This document shows positions 27,792 to 32,000 of a stretch of 32,000 nt of DNA, piece after piece. Source of the stretch: Acaryochloris thomasi RCC1774 (lineage in GTDB: Bacteria > Cyanobacteriota > Cyanobacteriia > Thermosynechococcales > Thermosynechococcaceae). The notes under the pieces were generated by a model. It ran no database searches. It saw only the letters and a list, made by a program, of their open reading frames with translations, and was not told the origin of the DNA. Where the stretch lies: assembly GCF_003231495.1 (NCBI RefSeq), contig NZ_PQWO01000005.1, positions 240,001 to 272,000 of the forward strand, read 5' to 3'. How positions within the stretch are numbered: position 1 is the first letter of the stretch; the number at the start of each line of letters is the position of its first letter. A program made the translations under genes and the position numbers.

Positions 27792-29126
27792 CTAGCCGAC
27801 TAGCAGAGACTCCTCTGGGTAATGTACTTTTCTTGGTTTCGGGTCTCCTAAAATGACCGTCATCAAAAGCAGAATCCCTACTCGACCCATGTACATCGTG
27901 AGGACTAACAGCAGCTTTGCTGTCGCAGATAAGCTGGTGGTGATGCCTGTCGACAAACCCACGGTGGCGAAGGCTGAGACCACTTCAAACAAAATCTGAA
28001 TAAAGCCAATCTCTGGATCAGTGAACGCAATCAGGGTGGTAATAATGACCACCGCTGTGATTGAGCCCAGAAAAACCCCAATGGCTTTTAAAATCATTGA
28101 GATGGGAATTTCACGTTCGTACATACAAACATCTTCACGACCTTGAAGAATGGCTCGGGTTGCGCCTGCCAAAATCCGTAATGTTGTTGTTTTGACGCCG
28201 CCGCCTGTTCCGCCGGGGCTGGCTCCGACAAACATTAGGGCAATGGTCATGAATAAACCGGCGGTGCTCATCTTGCCCACGTCAATGGAGTTGAATCCTG
28301 CAGTTCTCGCGGTCATGGACTGGAACCAAGCGGCTAAAACCTGTTGTTTGAGATTAAGCGACCCTAGAGTCGCTGGATTCCGAATTTCTGTGAGAAAAAA
28401 GGCGACGGTGCCCATGCTGAGCAATACGACGGTAGTGCTGATGACGACCCGAAAGTTAAGGGAAAAAATCATGCGCTCTGCTTTGCCAGAGATGCGATCG
28501 CGTCCCCAGAGATAAGCCTCGAACAGCGTCTCGTAACCAATACCGCCAAAAATCACAAGGGCAGGCACCACCAAATGCATCAGCCATGAAGACTGATAGC
28601 CCGTCAAGCTATCAGAGAAGAGGCTAAAGCCTGCATTGTTCCAAGCGCTCACGCTATGGAATAGCGAGAGCCAAAGGCCTTGGGACCAGCCATAGTTGGG
28701 TACAAAAACCCACAGCATCGCGAACAGTCCCGTCAGCTCAAATAGGATAATAGTAGAAATGATCGACTGAACCAGTCGAGCGCTTCCCTGCATTTTGCGC
28801 CGATCAAGGGATTGCTGAAGCGCAATTTTATCTCGCAGGCCAAACTTGCGACCTAGAAGCAATAGTAAGAAAGTGGTGGACATCATGTAGCCCAATCCCC
28901 CGACCTGAATCAGGGCCAGAATAATCCCTTGCCCCCAACGGGAAAAGTAGGTGCCGGTGTCCACAACGATGTGGCCGGTTACACAGACGGCTGACGTTGC
29001 CGTAAACAGTGCGACCAGCGGATCATTCCATTGCCCACTGGTCGTGGAAAAGGGCAGCAGCAGTAATAGGGTGCCTACCACAATGAGAGCTAAAAACCCC
29101 AGACAAATCGTGCGAGAGACGGTCAT
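27792..29126 (-). CDS. ktrB: TrkH/KtrB-family K+ transporter membrane subunit
   Basis: 444 aa and polytopic. Repeated pore-loop glycine motifs are present ('TATSAVCVTG', 'QVGGLGY', 'NNAGFS', 'RTAGFNS', 'ATVGLSTG'). No ktrA/trkA gene is adjacent. Confidence 0.85.
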   Translation of the reverse strand: MTVSRTICLGFLALIVVGTLLLLLPFSTTSGQWNDPLVALFTATSAVCVTGHIVVDTGTYFSRWGQGIILALIQVGGLGYMMSTTFLLLLLGRKFGLRDKIALQQSLDRRKMQGSARLVQSIISTIILFELTGLFAMLWVFVPNYGWSQGLWLSLFHSVSAWNNAGFSLFSDSLTGYQSSWLMHLVVPALVIFGGIGYETLFEAYLWGRDRISGKAERMIFSLNFRVVISTTVVLLSMGTVAFFLTEIRNPATLGSLNLKQQVLAAWFQSMTARTAGFNSIDVGKMSTAGLFMTIALMFVGASPGGTGGGVKTTTLRILAGATRAILQGREDVCMYEREIPISMILKAIGVFLGSITAVVIITTLIAFTDPEIGFIQILFEVVSAFATVGLSTGITTSLSATAKLLLVLTMYMGRVGILLLMTVILGDPKPRKVHYPEESLLVG

Positions 29127-29191
29127 TGGTTGTTAACTACCCCTTGCCAGAGAATGTCCCATTTGGGTGTCGTAATTCAAAGAGCGCTCCT

Positions 29192-30382
29192 TTATGGGGT
29201 TCGATAGCGAATACCAGCGCCATCAAGACGCTCTAGTGCCTCGGCAAGGCGATCATCTCCAGCAATCAAGCTGACGCGCACATAGCCTTCGCCACCGGAG
29301 CCAAAAGCATTCCCCGGCGTGACGACAATGCCGGTTTGCTCAATGAGCTGCAGCGCAAAGTCAGTGGATCCCATCCCCACAGGGCAAGGAATCCAAAGAT
29401 ACATCGTGGCCTGGGTTTTTGGAATTTGCCACCCCAATTTTCCTAGACCTGCGATCAAAAAATCTCGTCGGTTGCGGTAGCGATCTTGCACCCACTGGAG
29501 ATGACTGTCGGGTAAGTTAAGGGCTGTTTCAGCAGCAGATTGAATAACCGAGAAAATGCCGTAGTCAAGGTTTGTTTTGAGGGTCCGTAGCCCCTGAATA
29601 ATATGGCGATTCCCAACCACAAATCCGACGCGCCAACCGGCCATGTTGTAGGTTTTGGAGAGGGTATGAAATTCAACTCCAATATCTTTCCCTCCCGGAA
29701 TTTCTAGGAGACTGACGGGTTGATAGCCGTCGAAGGAAAGCTCGGCATAGCAGAGATCATGGACTAGTAAAATGTTGTACTCGCGGGCAAAGGCCACCAT
29801 CTCTTCAAAAAAGGAGCGGGGTGCCACGGCCGTTGTGGGATTCGAGGGATAATTAAAGTAGAGAATCTTTGCACGACGCGCGATATCTTCAGGAATAGCG
29901 TTGAGATCGATGAGCCAATCGTTCTCTGGCTTTAGCAATAGCTCGTATAAATCGGCCCCGGCCAGGGCGGGGCCACGAAAGTGAGGGGGGTAAGCGGGAT
30001 TGGGAACTAGAACAACGTCTCCAGGATTGACGTAGGCCAGCGCTAAATGGGTTAGTCCTTCTTTGGAACCTAGCAGCGGCAGCGCTTCACCGTCTGCGTC
30101 AAGCTCGACACCGTAGCGTCGTCGGTACCAGTCTGTGATCGTGTTGCGAAAGCTGGCGGTGCCTTCGAAGGGAGGGTAACCGTGGTACTCCGGGGTTTTG
30201 AAGGCTGATATCGCAGCATCAATCACCGGCTGGGGCGCAGAGCCATCGGGGTTGCCCATCCCCAAATCAATCAGATCAATCCCCTGCAGACGCGCTTGAG
30301 TTTTCAGTTCATCTAGGCGGGCAAAGACGTAAGGCGGTAAGGCACTGAGTCGTTCTGCAGGCGCAATCCAGTCTAGGCTCAT
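29192..30382 (-). CDS. PLP-dependent class I/II aminotransferase (AlaA/DapC-like; substrate not assignable)
   Basis: 396 aa. The PLP-Lys context is 'LSKTYNMAGWRVGF'. 'NYPSNPT' and 'LGMGNPD' are also present. Confidence 0.88.
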   Translation of the reverse strand: MSLDWIAPAERLSALPPYVFARLDELKTQARLQGIDLIDLGMGNPDGSAPQPVIDAAISAFKTPEYHGYPPFEGTASFRNTITDWYRRRYGVELDADGEALPLLGSKEGLTHLALAYVNPGDVVLVPNPAYPPHFRGPALAGADLYELLLKPENDWLIDLNAIPEDIARRAKILYFNYPSNPTTAVAPRSFFEEMVAFAREYNILLVHDLCYAELSFDGYQPVSLLEIPGGKDIGVEFHTLSKTYNMAGWRVGFVVGNRHIIQGLRTLKTNLDYGIFSVIQSAAETALNLPDSHLQWVQDRYRNRRDFLIAGLGKLGWQIPKTQATMYLWIPCPVGMGSTDFALQLIEQTGIVVTPGNAFGSGGEGYVRVSLIAGDDRLAEALERLDGAGIRYRTP

Positions 30383-31524
30383 GGGCAGTCCTCGTTCAGC
30401 CCGTTCATCTGCTGAGTACAGGAAACACGACCAGGGATAGGGGCTGTCGTGGAGACCATTGCAGCCATTAATTGATCGGGCACAACGGTAAAGGGCAAAT
30501 GATGAAGATCGGACTGAGGGGCACAGGCCACGTCTGCGGACTGCATCAAAACTTGCAGAGAGACCTCCGCCATCCCCAGATCTGCGAGCGTTGTGGGCAG
30601 GCCAATCTGTCGATAAAACGCTAAAAGCTGGTGTCGCGCCGTCATTGCCAATTGGCTTCCCTGGAGCATTTCTTCGAGTCGAAGCTGCACCAGAATACCA
30701 TAGGCAACTTTTTCCCCATGCAAACTGCCTTTGTGGTGAGGTAAATGGGTCAAGCCGTTATGAACTGCGTGGGCAGCAACTGTTCGACATTGAGCGCCGC
30801 CCAGCCCGCCGATCACGCCCGCCATTAACACTGAGGCATCAACTACCTGACACCAGATATCGCTGCCGGGACTGGCCAGTGCCTCTGCTGATTTTTGCAG
30901 CAAAATATCGCGCAGAACGCGGGCCTGCTGTACGGCAGCAATCACCAAAGTATCTTGAGACTGACCGCTGCTGACGGAGGCTTCATACCACTTGGCTAGA
31001 GCATCTCCGATTCCGGCGACCAGGGTTCGTTGGGGTGCGCTTTCAATCAGCTGGTAGTCAAGAATTAAGAGATTGGGACATTGGGAGAGTGAGACATCGT
31101 ACTCGAAGGTTCCGTTGTCGGAGTAAAGGTTAGAGAGTGCTGTCCAAGCGGCGCAGGTCGCGGCAGAGGTGGGGATGGTCACTACAGGAAGCCGGCAGTG
31201 ATAGCCCACCCACTTGGCTGCGTCTAGGGCTTTACCGCCGCCTGCGCCAATGACTAGGTCGGCCTGATGTGCTTGGACTGCTGAACAGAGTTTTTCTAAG
31301 CTCGCCTCACTGCAGTCTGGGGCGTAGGACGCTTCTTCCCAGCTCAGATGTGCGAGTGCTGTTTGCAATGACGACCGCACTTGATCGAGACCGTGGTTCC
31401 CTCCAATCACGAGGGGGCGTTGACCTAGGGATGAAACCTCAACGCAGCTCTCAAGGATTCCTTTTCCCCGCAGAATCTGAGAGGGGGCAATCGCAGTGGT
31501 TCGGGGACGCGTGACTTGTACCAT
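30379..31524 (-). CDS. Glycerol-dehydrogenase-like (GldA/Fe-ADH superfamily) oxidoreductase
   Basis: 'GAGGGKALDAAK' is the NAD-binding loop and 'HAVHNGLTHLPHHKGSLHGEKVAYG' carries the metal-binding His residues. I prefer the start at Met 31524 (MVQVTRPRT...) over the track start at 31611, which overlaps the upstream ORF. The stop overlaps the aminotransferase start in an ATGA arrangement (30379-30382). Confidence 0.82.
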   Translation of the reverse strand: MVQVTRPRTTAIAPSQILRGKGILESCVEVSSLGQRPLVIGGNHGLDQVRSSLQTALAHLSWEEASYAPDCSEASLEKLCSAVQAHQADLVIGAGGGKALDAAKWVGYHCRLPVVTIPTSAATCAAWTALSNLYSDNGTFEYDVSLSQCPNLLILDYQLIESAPQRTLVAGIGDALAKWYEASVSSGQSQDTLVIAAVQQARVLRDILLQKSAEALASPGSDIWCQVVDASVLMAGVIGGLGGAQCRTVAAHAVHNGLTHLPHHKGSLHGEKVAYGILVQLRLEEMLQGSQLAMTARHQLLAFYRQIGLPTTLADLGMAEVSLQVLMQSADVACAPQSDLHHLPFTVVPDQLMAAMVSTTAPIPGRVSCTQQMNGLNEDCP

Positions 31525-31561
31525 GATCAAAATGAGGGACTGAAACGAGTTTGAAAACCGG

Positions 31562-32000
31562 TTAAGAGTCGTTACTGGCAACCTGTGGAAGCTGAGCGAG
31601 TCGCTCGTCAAATATTTCCACGTTCATATTCTCATCTTCACGAACGGAGAGCGATCGTTTGACTTGGCCTAGGACAACAATTTCTGAGACGCCAGGGTGA
31701 GGATGGATTAAGGCACGTGCTCGAATCGTGAGCTGATCAGCGCCCTGCGAGGTGCGTCCAGGGGAGAATAGATTGCTGGCAGCCTGCTGTAGAGTTGCCT
31801 CCAACTGAGGCTTCGTAATCTCAGACGGCACCACAATTACGGCCTGCGGTCCGGCGGAGTCATAGATTAAGGAGTACCGGACCGCTCCTGGAATTGCGGT
31901 GCGCGTCAGTGGTACTAGGCTGAGGGCAAATAGCCCTGCGGTTAATACACCTAAAAATCCGGTGGCGCCCACGATACGAAAGCGGAAGCCCCACTTAAAC
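31562..32000 (-). CDS. Hypothetical membrane-anchored protein; the reading frame stays open to the window edge
   Basis: The frame is open from 31999 down to the stop at 31562. The track start at 31972 is GTG. The N-terminal region is hydrophobic (GFLGVLTAGLFALSLVPL). I recognise no motif. Confidence 0.5.
   Translation of the reverse strand, partial: FKWGFRFRIVGATGFLGVLTAGLFALSLVPLTRTAIPGAVRYSLIYDSAGPQAVIVVPSEITKPQLEATLQQAASNLFSPGRTSQGADQLTIRARALIHPHPGVSEIVVLGQVKRSLSVREDENMNVEIFDERLAQLPQVASNDS

Noticed and set aside
31525-31611. N-terminal 29-aa extension of the GldA-like ORF (track start at 31611)
   Set aside because: The extension overlaps the 3' end of the upstream ORF (stop at 31562) and has no similarity to the usual GldA N-terminus. 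The internal Met at 31524 gives a protein of about 381 aa that starts just before the conserved 'ILRGKG' region.

Overview
The window is a cyanobacterial chromosomal segment. Two things support this. The HIP1 palindrome GCGATCGC occurs at least 16 times in 32 kb. The gene content is also typical: ycf23, a 2-Cys peroxiredoxin, ktrB, and V4R and phycobiliprotein-like genes. I found no tRNA or rRNA genes, transposases, integrases or CRISPR arrays.

The left 13.5 kb is ordinary housekeeping: tpiA 3' end, a Crp-family regulator, 2-Cys Prx, NDH-2, lipA, a HIT protein, ycf23, a nucleotidyltransferase/PMM-like fusion, ssb, purD, an M23 peptidase and ggt.

The interesting part is a 13.9 kb run of genes all on the minus strand (13560-27429). 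It has two parts:
- (a) A tightly packed operon at 13560-20453. Its gene order is V4R protein, a small repeat protein, a phycobiliprotein-like protein, V4R protein with a long acidic tail, a 2Fe-2S ferredoxin, a second phycobiliprotein-like protein, a membrane coiled-coil/TPR protein, and a Ser/Thr kinase. This matches the order of the Synechocystis slr0144-slr0152 'pap' operon. That operon is genetically linked to PSII assembly, but its biochemistry is unresolved.
- (b) Immediately upstream, a three-gene module at 20762-27429 separated by only 11-24 nt gaps. It encodes an HTH-NACHT STAND NTPase, a 1151-aa hybrid histidine kinase (FHA-PAS-GAF-GAF, then kinase core, REC and HPt), and a REC-GAF response regulator.

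I regard the juxtaposition of a STAND NTPase, a phospho-Thr reader fused to a phosphorelay, and the putative bilin/tetrapyrrole/Fe-S operon ending in a Ser/Thr kinase as the best candidate for an undescribed signalling system here.

The right end carries ktrB, a translationally coupled GldA-like dehydrogenase plus aminotransferase pair, and a membrane protein that runs off the window. All functional calls come from motif recognition by eye. No searches were run.
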